NCBI GenBank assembly: GCA_041697335.1 | Contig: JBGUGD010000038.1 | Coordinates: 1 to 64,000, forward strand | DNA: 64,000 bases | Source of the DNA: Vampirovibrionaceae bacterium NZW_1234 | GTDB lineage: Bacteria > Cyanobacteriota > Vampirovibrionia > Vampirovibrionales > JAGQHJ01 | Reading direction: 5' to 3' | Part shown: positions 29,928 to 39,380 of the stretch, in pieces | Position numbering within the stretch: the first letter of the stretch is position 1 | Layout of the letters: each line of letters begins with the position of its first letter | Translations under genes and position numbers: made by a program | Notes under the pieces: model-generated | Database searches by the model: none | What the model saw: only the letters and a program-made list of their open reading frames with translations | What the model was told of the DNA's origin: nothing

Positions 29928-30575
29928 GTTTCTCTCTCTATGTCTCTACCCCTGCATTCAAAAATAGGTATCGTCCAGTTTCGAGGAAACAAAAGAAAAT
30001 GGGCTTAAGTGTAACATTCCCGGCTATCAGGAGGTGCTGAAAATCTCACCTCGGAGGCCATATTCTCAGATTTAAGCGTATTTACAATTTCCTGTTCCTC
30101 TCATCTCCAGGGACACCCTTTCATCCGTGGCACATTTGGGTTGGCCGACGCCGCGCTTTAAGATATCTCCTGGCTTTGTGAAAACAGACTATTTTGTCCT
30201 AGAAAAAACATCGCATGAGTCTTCAAGTCGAACCTGACGATTGGGCTTCTTGATAAATCCTGTTTCATGCTCGGCATAAAAGGTTAAAAGTGCTGCCCAG
30301 ATTAAAGTTCTCGTAAAACTCGTCGAAACAATGAGGGTCATACAGGACACCATGAGAAAGAGGTCTTACATTCTGTACTGTCTACCACCAAAATGACGCT
30401 CTGAGCAAGCAATCCCGCTTTGCAACCGGGACTTTCATTGGGTGCAAACAACAAATGCCTGAGTCTGGTATTTGTTACATAAGTTTGCAAATGCTGCTCA
30501 GAGAGACCGTTTACGTAGACAAGGCAAGGATCGTCCTGTACAATTGTAGTTATAAAAATAGGGAGTGCGCAGTAA

Positions 30576-31076
30576 GTGCAGAAAGTCTTATTGCTGAATG
30601 CGTCGTATGAGCCGCTAAACGTATGCTCTTGGAAGCGGGCCGTTGTTCTGCTGCTTAAAGGCAAGGCGGTCGAAGTGGAACAGCAAGGCCAGATTATTGG
30701 CAGAGATATGTCTTTGCCCCTGGTCATTCGACTGCAGCATTACATCAAAATGCCTCATAAATCGATTCCGCTGACACGCAAAAACCTGATGCACCGAGAC
30801 AAATATACTTGCCAATATTGCGGAAAAACCGGTGGCGATTTAACCATTGATCACATTATGCCCAAGTCCCGTGGCGGTAAAGATGAATGGGAGAACGTGG
30901 TTATTGCATGCCTGCGTTGCAATGTTACCAAAGGAAACCGGACACCGGAAGAAGCCGGAATGCAAATGCGGACTCGTCCATTACGACCGGTCAACTTTGT
31001 TTACTTTGAATTAAGTAAACAGTGGAATACGGCCAAGGAATTTGGCACGTGGGAAAAGTATTTGTACGGGACATAG
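30576..31076 (+). CDS. HNH endonuclease (McrA-like)
   Basis: KVLLLNASYEPL, RDKYTCQYCG, TIDHIMPKSRGG, ACLRCNVTKG. Confidence 0.93.
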   Translation: MQKVLLLNASYEPLNVCSWKRAVVLLLKGKAVEVEQQGQIIGRDMSLPLVIRLQHYIKMPHKSIPLTRKNLMHRDKYTCQYCGKTGGDLTIDHIMPKSRGGKDEWENVVIACLRCNVTKGNRTPEEAGMQMRTRPLRPVNFVYFELSKQWNTAKEFGTWEKYLYGT

Positions 31077-31145
31077 TTGCCGTCCTATGGTATCCTATTT
31101 CGCGACCGATTCGATAATTCATCGGCACCTGCGAAGAGGAACCCT

Positions 31146-32927
31146 ATGTCCCAATTATTGGGCGATACAACCGGACTAAAGAAGAAAGAGATCCGCTTAC
31201 TGGAAAAATTGATGCAGCGGACAGTTCCGGCTGATGAGTTTGTATCTCCTGCGCTTGCTGAAGAAATTTGTACCTTGTCTCTTGAAATTTCCCACCCGCT
31301 CACCGTGCTGTTAGATCGTGCAGGACGGGTGTATCAGGTTTTTGTCGGGTCTGTTGCCTCCATGGGCGAAAGTGGCCAGGTTGCTTTCCCCCGGAAGGTT
31401 TCGGGGACCTGTGGGATTCGAGCCATATCCACGCAAGCCGATTCCATGAACCCGCCTTCCAAATCCGCATTAACATCCTTGCTTCAATATCGTTTGGATG
31501 CTCTGGTCACGTTGGTGGCAAGCCAAAATCCACAGTGGAGTCTTCAGTTCGGGGAGCACCCCAAGGCGTGTGATGCCTGTTTCATCACGACGTTGCAACT
31601 GGACATGGATAATCGGTTGACTCCCATGACTCAGGAGCCCGTGACGTTGTATCAGCTGGAAAAAAAATCTTTTGAAGATTTCACAGCCATCATTGACTAC
31701 GATTTATCTCGACGCGAATCAGGCACAAAGATTGAAACCCGGGAAAAGGCATTTTTAATCGGGCTCGCAGCCCCCGGGCCCTTAGGGAAACACCGGGCGG
31801 AAGACTTGCTGGATGAACTTGCGCTGCTGGCGAAAACAGCAGGTGCTGTTATCGTGGGTCGCAGCATTCAGACCCGCTCTCAACCCGACCCTAATTTTTA
31901 TATCGGCAAAGGCAAAGCCCAGGAGTTGGCGTTTGAGGTTCAACAACTGGAAGCCGATATTATTATTGCCGACGACGAGCTGTTGGCGACACAACAACGA
32001 GCCTTGGAACGAGTCTTACGCACCCGCGTGGTTGATCGCACAGAGCTGATTCTAGATATTTTCGCCCAGCGAGCCCAATCCTGGGAAGGTAAAATCCAGG
32101 TGGAATTGGCTCAACTCCAATACAAGCTACCCCGCCTGGCTGGCCGAGGCCATGGGTTCTCTCAGCAAACCGCCGGAGCTAAAGGCGGCGGAGGAATTGC
32201 GACAAGAGGGCCAGGTGAAACAAAGCTGGAATTGGATCGACGTCGGCTACGTACTCGAATCACCGAGCTGGAACGCCAAGCAGAGCAAGTCCGTAAACAT
32301 CGTCAACTTCAGCGTAAGGACCGCATGGAAAAAGGGCTTCCAATTATAGCCCTGGTGGGCTACACCAATGCGGGTAAATCCACCCTGCTCAACACCTTAA
32401 CCAAAGCTGGGACTTTGTCTGAAGACAAACTTTTTGCCACGTTGGATCCCTTGGCCCGTCGTCTTGTTCGCCCCGGCCTTCCGGAATGTCTGGTTGTGGA
32501 TACGGTTGGATTCATTCAAAAACTACCCACCACACTTGTCAAAGCATTTCGCTCAACCTTGGAAGAGGTGCAATCGGCGACGCTCATCTTCCATGTGGCG
32601 GATCTGTCTCATCCGGATCGAATTGTCCACTTTGAGGCTGTGCAGGAAACTTTGCTTGCTCTAGAATGTGAGTCCACACCGCAATGGATTTTGTTAAACA
32701 AAATCGACCAGGTAAAGCACCTGGATGAGGAGATGCACGCGCTTGAAGGCCTGTTACAGGAGTACTCCATTTTCCCGATCTCGGCAAAGACCGGTGAAGG
32801 CTTGCCAGCGCTTTTGGATGCCTTGCAATCGTTTTTACAAGCCTCTGTTCAATCTGATGGCTCTGGTGTTGCTCATCGGTCTGATTCCGATGCCAGCATC
32901 TGGGCAGAATCTGCTGGACCCGGATGA
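31146..32927 (+). CDS. hflX: GTPase HflX (long N-terminal form)
   Basis: ILDIFAQRA, RGPGETKLELDRR, G1 GYTNAGKST, LFATLDP, DTVGFI, NKID, SAKTG; start MSQLLG with GAGG SD. Confidence 0.96.
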   Translation: MSQLLGDTTGLKKKEIRLLEKLMQRTVPADEFVSPALAEEICTLSLEISHPLTVLLDRAGRVYQVFVGSVASMGESGQVAFPRKVSGTCGIRAISTQADSMNPPSKSALTSLLQYRLDALVTLVASQNPQWSLQFGEHPKACDACFITTLQLDMDNRLTPMTQEPVTLYQLEKKSFEDFTAIIDYDLSRRESGTKIETREKAFLIGLAAPGPLGKHRAEDLLDELALLAKTAGAVIVGRSIQTRSQPDPNFYIGKGKAQELAFEVQQLEADIIIADDELLATQQRALERVLRTRVVDRTELILDIFAQRAQSWEGKIQVELAQLQYKLPRLAGRGHGFSQQTAGAKGGGGIATRGPGETKLELDRRRLRTRITELERQAEQVRKHRQLQRKDRMEKGLPIIALVGYTNAGKSTLLNTLTKAGTLSEDKLFATLDPLARRLVRPGLPECLVVDTVGFIQKLPTTLVKAFRSTLEEVQSATLIFHVADLSHPDRIVHFEAVQETLLALECESTPQWILLNKIDQVKHLDEEMHALEGLLQEYSIFPISAKTGEGLPALLDALQSFLQASVQSDGSGVAHRSDSDASIWAESAGPG

Positions 32928-33663
32928 TTTAAGTTATCAAGTTAAACTCTTGGGTACCGTTACCTATGATAATGTAGAGCCCGGCGAGATCATTACACTG
33001 GACTCTGAGCTTCCTGAGACCAATACCTTGAGCTTGCTCCATCACGCTCTATGTCAGCGGCCTGCGGTAACGACAACATTAGGTGCCCTTGCTGTTGTCA
33101 AGGACGAATACCCTTTGTCATCCCGATTAACTCGCTGGAAGAACGCCTATACCGTTCTGTGGTCTTTTGGCGGCGGCATCGGCAATGGTGTTTTCAAAAA
33201 TATCGAAGGTCGCGATGAGGCCATTGACCTGCTGACTCAGAACTTTAAAAACCCGATTGGCCGGGCTATCACAGGTTATAATGTCGATAAAGACACATTC
33301 AGGACAAATTATATTGAACATCCGGTGCTCTGGTACAGCATGGCAACGTTGCTTAAAAACTGGGGAGCCACAAATAAAGAAGCATTAGTTGAATCCCAGG
33401 TTGCCAGTTTCCTTTGGGAGCACGTGATGGAAGGAACTTATGTAGCGCCTTCCGGAAAAGATATTATTACTAACTTTCTGAGCTGTGCCGCAGCCATTTA
33501 TTTATATGATAAGGCTCCTGGGCGCTATGTTGCCGGCAAGTTAAAGGCCATTCAAGATTGGGGCAGCAAGAAAAATATGAGCCTGGTCCCCACCTTTGGT
33601 CGGGGTATCGCCCCGTGGGGCGGTGGCCGCATGGGTACCAAGCTGGTTTGGTATATTCGTTAA
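32818..33663 (+). CDS. DUF3943-like exported/outer-membrane protein
   Basis: Signal peptide; NYIEHP...SFLWEH.MEG....SGKDIITN motif; start 32818 or 32857, overlapping the hflX 3' end. Confidence 0.7.
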   Translation: MPCNRFYKPLFNLMALVLLIGLIPMPASGQNLLDPDDLSYQVKLLGTVTYDNVEPGEIITLDSELPETNTLSLLHHALCQRPAVTTTLGALAVVKDEYPLSSRLTRWKNAYTVLWSFGGGIGNGVFKNIEGRDEAIDLLTQNFKNPIGRAITGYNVDKDTFRTNYIEHPVLWYSMATLLKNWGATNKEALVESQVASFLWEHVMEGTYVAPSGKDIITNFLSCAAAIYLYDKAPGRYVAGKLKAIQDWGSKKNMSLVPTFGRGIAPWGGGRMGTKLVWYIR

Positions 33664-33767
33664 TTCAAACCGACGCCGGGAAGGGCAACAGCCAAAGCCA
33701 TTGTTGGCCTGATTTCACACCGTCATGTGGTATCAGCAGACTTTTTATAAACTCCTTGAAAAATGGA

Positions 33768-33795
33768 CCGACAAGACGGATAGTCGTCTTGTCGG
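33768..33795. terminator. hairpin between convergent genes
   Basis: CCGACAAGACG-gatagt-CGTCTTGTCGG. Confidence 0.7.
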
Positions 33796-33827
33796 CTAGG
33801 GTATCTGGGTTTTATCTCTGGGTGAAC

Positions 33828-34940
33828 TTATGCCATACAAGCGGCTTGACGCTGTGGAAATGGAATGATATTACCACCCATCAATCCAGCAGCAGGAACT
33901 GGGCTGGTTTGTGGAGGTACCGGTGCACCGGGAACCGGTGTTTGTAAATCCCGATGCAATTGATTTAAAAAGTCCGAATTATCCGGCCAGTCACTATGGC
34001 GGATTTCGGGGCCAAAACGTCTTTCCGCATCATTACTATCCAGGTGTGGAGATCTGCCACGCATGAATGGTAATACCGGTACCCAAGTCAAAACTTCATC
34101 CCCACTGGAGGTGTAATTATACACCTGGATCCGGCTTGGGGTTCTGCTCATAAATGAGGGCAACGGACTTCCTGCGGTAGCCATACGCTCAACACGCACA
34201 CCTCGCTCAGCCAACTGTGGATCGTCTTCAGCACGCACGGCTAGGGTATTTACAGCAACACCGCCACCACTAAAACCAATGAGATTGACTTGAATTTGCT
34301 CACCATTCCTTGAGCGGGGCATTGCATTGACGAATTGCTGGTAGAGGTCATTTGAGGCGGCAGAGTTTGGATTGGACAGCTGAAGATAGTGCATACAGTT
34401 TCTCGCCAAATTAAACACCTGTGTGGCGAATTTTTGGGCTTTGTAACTGAGCTGACGCACACCATTGCGGAAATTACGGCCAATTCTGCCAAAAAACCCT
34501 TCGTTTTCCGGCGGCTGCTCCATTTCCGGTTCTGGAGGCAAGCACTCATCTAACCCGGGGTACTTGCTTTCAAGAACAATAATATCTTCATCCGGGATCC
34601 CTCGTTCTCTAAGAGACTGGACAAATCGTTCACGCGGACAATGATTTTCACGAGAGAAAAAACCACAATGATAGACATAAACCTGTCTTACCGATTGACC
34701 TTGATTCTGGGATTGACCCAGTTGAGCCAACCGAGACGTCACAGCCTGAACCTGAGGAACATTCTGAGTATTAACACTCGCTGCGCTCCCTGCCACGGGT
34801 GGCTGAGATGCTGAGCGCATCTGCAAGAAACGCAGATCTCTCGGCGCACTCTCGTCTGCAACAGTAGTGGGTTGTACAGGAGTTTCTCCGGAATTCTCTG
34901 TTGAGAGAACACCGGGTAACATGCTGATGGAATCAACCAT
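33828..34940 (-). CDS. alpha/beta-hydrolase (lipase/esterase-like) with long disordered N-terminus
   Basis: Nucleophile elbow LIGFSGGG, ATAGSP, SSGDEV and IRHSDW (putative Ser-Asp-His triad). Confidence 0.75.
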   Translation of the reverse strand: MVDSISMLPGVLSTENSGETPVQPTTVADESAPRDLRFLQMRSASQPPVAGSAASVNTQNVPQVQAVTSRLAQLGQSQNQGQSVRQVYVYHCGFFSRENHCPRERFVQSLRERGIPDEDIIVLESKYPGLDECLPPEPEMEQPPENEGFFGRIGRNFRNGVRQLSYKAQKFATQVFNLARNCMHYLQLSNPNSAASNDLYQQFVNAMPRSRNGEQIQVNLIGFSGGGVAVNTLAVRAEDDPQLAERGVRVERMATAGSPLPSFMSRTPSRIQVYNYTSSGDEVLTWVPVLPFMRGRSPHLDSNDAERRFGPEIRHSDWPDNSDFLNQLHRDLQTPVPGAPVPPQTSPVPAAGLMGGNIIPFPQRQAACMA

Positions 34941-35282
34941 TGAGTTACATTCCTACTTTCCCTATGCTGACACTATGTATCCACTTCATACGTCATTGCA
35001 GGACTGTGGAATCCCTGCATCAAGGCGCTAAGCCTATGTCATGAAGGATGATAAGATGTCGCCATGATGGTCAAAATAATAAATAGCTTGAGTACCGCGA
35101 ACACGCAGTTAATATTCATACACAACATCTCCCCTAGGTACCGCTGCATTAAAACAGAAACCTCCCCCCGGTACCTGTGAGCATAAAAACGATTTTTATA
35201 AAAAATTTGTTATTCACACAGGCAGATATGATGCTTTTTTAATAACTTTTTTTTAAAGCATACAGGGGATTTTGGATTCGCG

Positions 35283-35311
35283 TTGATTCTTGTAGCGGCT
35301 TTGGCTATAAT
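35283..35311 (+). promoter_or_regulatory. sigma70-type promoter (TTGATT-N17-TATAAT)
   Basis: Consensus -10 with a 17-nt spacer, 40 nt upstream of the ATG at 35352. Confidence 0.65.
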
Positions 35312-35351
35312 CCTCTGCATACTAAAAGCTGTTGTGGGAGTCTGATCGTTT

Positions 35352-36023
35352 ATGAAAGTCGGGTTGAGGGTGAACACCTTTATTCAGTCTGCTAACCAGC
35401 TATATCCCTCCGCCCCTGTCAGATTCGGGCAAGAAAATCAGACTCCTGATTTTTCCGACGAGGACGACCTATTTTTTAATAATGAAAATCCTCCGGACAA
35501 CGCTGACAGTTTGCGTGACATTTGCAAAGCCTTTGGGGGGATTACCTACGAGCCCTCCGAGATGATGGCTCCCCATAATACGCTCCGAGAACTGACAACA
35601 GATGATTTAAAAGAGATGGCTGAAAACGGCTCCCGTAATTTTCGGGTTTGGCTTGAGTTGGCGACACGTTATCAACATGGACGCGAAACACCTCGGGATA
35701 TTAAACAGGCAGAGCAATGTTATCGTACGGCCAGTAAAATGGCACCCGAGGGCAAGTATTGGTGTGCCATCTTTCTGCTGAACGAATTAGCCATGACAGA
35801 GCACGTGCCGTTATCCACTCAATTCGGAAACGCGTTTCGCCGAAAGCCATGGCCCACGCCGCTTCAAGCCGAAGCATATCAACTGTTTTATTTGGCATCC
35901 ATTAGTGACCAGTCACGATACGAAGTTCAAGAGGCGGTTATTGAGCGCCAAAAGCTGGAACAGCAACTGGCACCCAAGGCCTTACTGGCACTTCGTTTGG
36001 CTTTACAAAAGAAAAAAACATAA
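35352..36023 (+). CDS. Sel1-like repeat protein with VRFG leader
   Basis: LATRYQHGRETPRDIKQAEQCYRTAS matches an SLR repeat; acidic disordered N-terminus. Confidence 0.7.
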   Translation: MKVGLRVNTFIQSANQLYPSAPVRFGQENQTPDFSDEDDLFFNNENPPDNADSLRDICKAFGGITYEPSEMMAPHNTLRELTTDDLKEMAENGSRNFRVWLELATRYQHGRETPRDIKQAEQCYRTASKMAPEGKYWCAIFLLNELAMTEHVPLSTQFGNAFRRKPWPTPLQAEAYQLFYLASISDQSRYEVQEAVIERQKLEQQLAPKALLALRLALQKKKT

Positions 36024-36231
36024 TCCGTACTTTTCTGCCGACAACGTTGAAGACCCATCGATTCTGGTGAACACCGTCCATAATTATTTGTTTATATAAA
36101 TTAACAAAACATCATCAAATTCCGTACACCGGTTTTTATGCCTGTATAGGAATAGAGAGACCCATTTGGCATGCCTGTGGCTAAAATGCCCGCTGCCTGA
36201 ATTGGGAAAACAGGAAAGAGAGGAAACGTAG

Positions 36232-37230
36232 ATGTCCATTGGTGGCAGTGCCATTAATATGAACCAGGCAATGGGTATTCAACAGTCGTTGAATACGGAT
36301 TTGGCTGCTCGCCGCCAATTGCTCACCAACCCTGCAATTTCAGGATATACCGACCGTAAACTGTCCAGTGCTCTGGCTCAGGCAAACTCTATCTTTAATA
36401 GCCTGCAAGGTGGCGGTCTTGGCGGAGGCCTCGACGTGCTCTCCACATTAGGTGGAGTCGGCCTCGAAAGCATGAATTTGTACGGTCTTGGCGCCCTCGG
36501 CTTAGGGCGTTACGATTCGTTTAATAATGATGTTCTTTTAAACCAGGTTCTGAGCCCAACCTCGCAATTAGGGCAAGGACTGGAAGCCTTGAGTGGCCCG
36601 GGCACCATGGCCGGAAACTTAATGGCCAAGGCAAAGCAAACCGCCCTTCAGCAGTCACAGCAACAGCTTGCGCAGCTGAATCAAACCTATGCTCAAACGG
36701 TTCAGACCTTACAACTCAAGCAGCGTTTCGGTATTCCCATTATGCAGCAGGAGCTGGTCCAGTTTCAGATGCTCCAGCAGACCTATGCTCAAGCGGTACA
36801 ACAGTATCAGCGAACCGTATTACAATTCCAAGCACCCCAAATGCAGCAACAACCCGCATTCGGCGGTTCTCCCTTTGCCGGCATGACAAGCCAAGGTGCC
36901 TTAGGCGGCTTTGGCCAGCAGGCAGGCTTTGCCAGCCCATTCGGCGGCGGCGGCGGAGGAGGAGGCTTCGGCGGCGGGTTTGGCAGTCCCATGGGGGTCG
37001 GCGGATTCCCTGGCGGATTTGGCGCTCAGGCCAACCCCGGACTAGGAGATCTTGGCACCGTATGGGGCGGCGGCGGATCCGGTACGGGCTTTGGAGGTGT
37101 TCCCATCACCTCTGGCGGAGGTGTATTCGGTTCAACACCAACCTATAGTTTTCAACCCAGCTATGGCCAAGCCATCCTCGGCCCTCAGTTCGGCATGGTA
37201 CAAGGTCAACCCCAGAGAGCCTTTTTCTAA
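36232..37230 (+). CDS. Gly/Gln-rich low-complexity protein
   Basis: GAGAGGA SD; Q-rich helical middle, GGF-rich C-terminus, no Cys. Confidence 0.8.
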   Translation: MSIGGSAINMNQAMGIQQSLNTDLAARRQLLTNPAISGYTDRKLSSALAQANSIFNSLQGGGLGGGLDVLSTLGGVGLESMNLYGLGALGLGRYDSFNNDVLLNQVLSPTSQLGQGLEALSGPGTMAGNLMAKAKQTALQQSQQQLAQLNQTYAQTVQTLQLKQRFGIPIMQQELVQFQMLQQTYAQAVQQYQRTVLQFQAPQMQQQPAFGGSPFAGMTSQGALGGFGQQAGFASPFGGGGGGGGFGGGFGSPMGVGGFPGGFGAQANPGLGDLGTVWGGGGSGTGFGGVPITSGGGVFGSTPTYSFQPSYGQAILGPQFGMVQGQPQRAFF

Positions 37231-37236
37231 AGCCGT

Positions 37237-37776
37237 TTAATACCCATAGGGCATCCAGGCCCGAGAATAGGTACCGTACGAATAATAGGATGTCGGCGGC
37301 ATACCAGGGCGATAAGGTATCCCTGGGGTCGCCATCATTAGCGGCATCGATTGCATGGTAGAAACGCGATTGTCCGGCATCGGCCCTTCGACGACCTGCG
37401 TGTTTATTCCCGGCATGGGAGTCATTGAGGCTTCAGACGACTTGGTGCTCAAGCCTATAATTTCAGATGGTCGTGATGATTTTGGAAAACAGCGTGCTGC
37501 AATACGGCGCATCACTTCGTATCCGAGAACAGGCAAAACCGAGGCCCCTAACCAAATCCCAAAGGCTTTTGGCAGTGTTTTCGCCCGAAAGCCATAGCGA
37601 TGGGCAATATAGAGCGTTCCGGCCATACCGCCCCAAAAACCCAGATGTTTGAATGCCATCCGCATGCGGCTGTTTCTATCCTTGGTCCAGGTCAAGTGAA
37701 GCCCGACCATGTAGGCCACAGGGAGCCCTGCACTCAACAGGGTGCCAAGAATACGATGCGTACGTGTCAGTCCCAT
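37237..37776 (-). CDS. hypothetical membrane protein (3 TM)
   Basis: Three hydrophobic segments and a P/M/Y-rich tail; AGGA SD. Confidence 0.7.
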   Translation of the reverse strand: MGLTRTHRILGTLLSAGLPVAYMVGLHLTWTKDRNSRMRMAFKHLGFWGGMAGTLYIAHRYGFRAKTLPKAFGIWLGASVLPVLGYEVMRRIAARCFPKSSRPSEIIGLSTKSSEASMTPMPGINTQVVEGPMPDNRVSTMQSMPLMMATPGIPYRPGMPPTSYYSYGTYSRAWMPYGY

Positions 37777-37814
37777 GGGGCTATCCTAGCGAAAGCAAAG
37801 CCTTGCCGCAATAC

Positions 37815-38279
37815 TTAACGTGATGATACCGGCTCCGAGCTACCGGTGACCGTATTTTTCGACCGATAAGCAACCCCGCGAAACAGAGCAACAATCTGGT
37901 TTTCCTGATTAGACACCCGGACATCATAGACACCGGTCCTACCCTGGTAGGATAATTCCTCCGCACTAGCCGTCAAGACGTCACCCACCTTGGCAGGCAC
38001 CGTATAGGAAATGCTGCACTGCAAGGCATAGGTCACTTGATTCCGGGAGTTACAGGCAAAGGCAAACGCCGTATCCGCCAGGGCAAAGCTGACGCCGCCA
38101 TGACACACGCCAAGGCCATTGATCATATCGGGCCGAATGGTTAGCCCCAAAACGGCTTTGCCCGGCTGCACATCCAGGATATTGACTCCTAAATGCTGCG
38201 CGTGCTGATCGTGGGCCAGCATAAATTCAGCCACCTCCCACGCAGACGGATGCGGATGAGATGAAGCGTTGTTAGCCAT
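37815..38279 (-). CDS. paaI: PaaI family (hydroxyphenylacetyl-CoA) thioesterase
   Basis: NGLGVCHGGVSFALADTAFAFACNS hot-dog-fold signature, GRTGVYDV, VALFRG; AGGAG SD before MANNA. Confidence 0.9.
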   Translation of the reverse strand: MANNASSHPHPSAWEVAEFMLAHDQHAQHLGVNILDVQPGKAVLGLTIRPDMINGLGVCHGGVSFALADTAFAFACNSRNQVTYALQCSISYTVPAKVGDVLTASAEELSYQGRTGVYDVRVSNQENQIVALFRGVAYRSKNTVTGSSEPVSSR

Positions 38280-38629
38280 AATCGTTCTCCTGAGGCGCCG
38301 AATCACTTATGAAAGGCATCTTAGTGCAGACCCCGGCGAAGTCGCAAGCAGATTGATCCAAAGGAGGATGGAAAGATTAACCCTTGGATAATTGTCGGGT
38401 CAGGTTAAGTGAACATGGGTAATTCCAAAAATCCAAACGCCAAGAACCCCATAAATGGCTTAACCCAACACGTTCATTCCTGAAAGCTTAAGCCAGCAGA
38501 TTAATACGTTGGTTGTGCCCGCATCTTAGAATTTAAAAAACTTAATAACTCTTACAGTTCTGATATGTTTTCACGATATATCTCATATATCGAGAGAGTT
38601 ATATAACGAAGTGATGGAGGGTCGCTCGC

Positions 38630-39292
38630 ATGTCACGGATGAGCGCTAAACTAGTTCTGCTTGGATTAATTGTAGGAATAATGGGAGCGACTGTTCCTGT
38701 ATCGGCTGTTGTGGATGACGTCAATCATGCCCAACTCGGTTTTTTGCCGAGCCAACCGTATTTAATGCCCATTGAAGACAAACATACCCCATCGGCCAAT
38801 CCCACGGATTCACCCACGCCGTTAAAAATTAAAGTGTCCAAGTTCTATGATGCCGTGGAAGAAGCCTTTAATCCGCAAGTGGTGGTGATGCAAAACCATC
38901 GTGTTTTAGGGGGCGAAGTGGATATGTCTCGCAGTGCAAATAAACGTCTGCCCGCCGAGAAATTCCCCTTTACACTGAATTTTAAAAATAAAGCCAATAT
39001 CCGCCCTGTACTGACGATTGGCTCCATTTCAGGCATTAACACACCCGAAGCGCATAAGCGGGGCCAGGCGAGTGCCAACCACATCAGCAGCCCGGTGGTG
39101 ATTAAAGTCAATGGGATTCGGGTCCAGTACGTCTACGAAAACGGCCAGAATATCAAACTGGCCATTCCACCCCATGTGTTTCGCAAGGAAGGTTTTAACA
39201 CCATCCAGGTGGAAGCGGGATATTACTTCCCCGAGGATAACCGGATCGCTTACGATGAAATCCACCTCGACAACATCGGCCTGGATTTCTAG
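38630..39292 (+). CDS. exported hypothetical beta-sandwich protein
   Basis: Signal peptide ending VSA; GGAGG SD; KVNG...GFNTIQVEAG jelly-roll-like pattern. Confidence 0.75.
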   Translation: MSRMSAKLVLLGLIVGIMGATVPVSAVVDDVNHAQLGFLPSQPYLMPIEDKHTPSANPTDSPTPLKIKVSKFYDAVEEAFNPQVVVMQNHRVLGGEVDMSRSANKRLPAEKFPFTLNFKNKANIRPVLTIGSISGINTPEAHKRGQASANHISSPVVIKVNGIRVQYVYENGQNIKLAIPPHVFRKEGFNTIQVEAGYYFPEDNRIAYDEIHLDNIGLDF

Positions 39293-39321
39293 AAGTAGAC
39301 CAACGGAATTTCTAAACTCAA

Positions 39322-39353
39322 AAACGCCCTTGATGATGACATCAAGGGCGTTT
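39322..39353. terminator. bidirectional intrinsic terminator
   Basis: AAACGCCCTTGATG-atga-CATCAAGGGCGTTT between convergent genes. Confidence 0.85.
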
Positions 39354-39380
39354 GAATTGGGTTTCCGGTTATCGGAAAAA

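Noticed and set aside
30576..31076. HNH protein as a defence, CRISPR or mobile nuclease
   Set aside because: Matches the common small chromosomal HNH family; no array, methylase or mobile context.
35039..35119. 26-codon minus-strand ORF MNINCVFAVLK... upstream of the hydrolase
   Set aside because: Too short, with no evidence beyond a weak SD.
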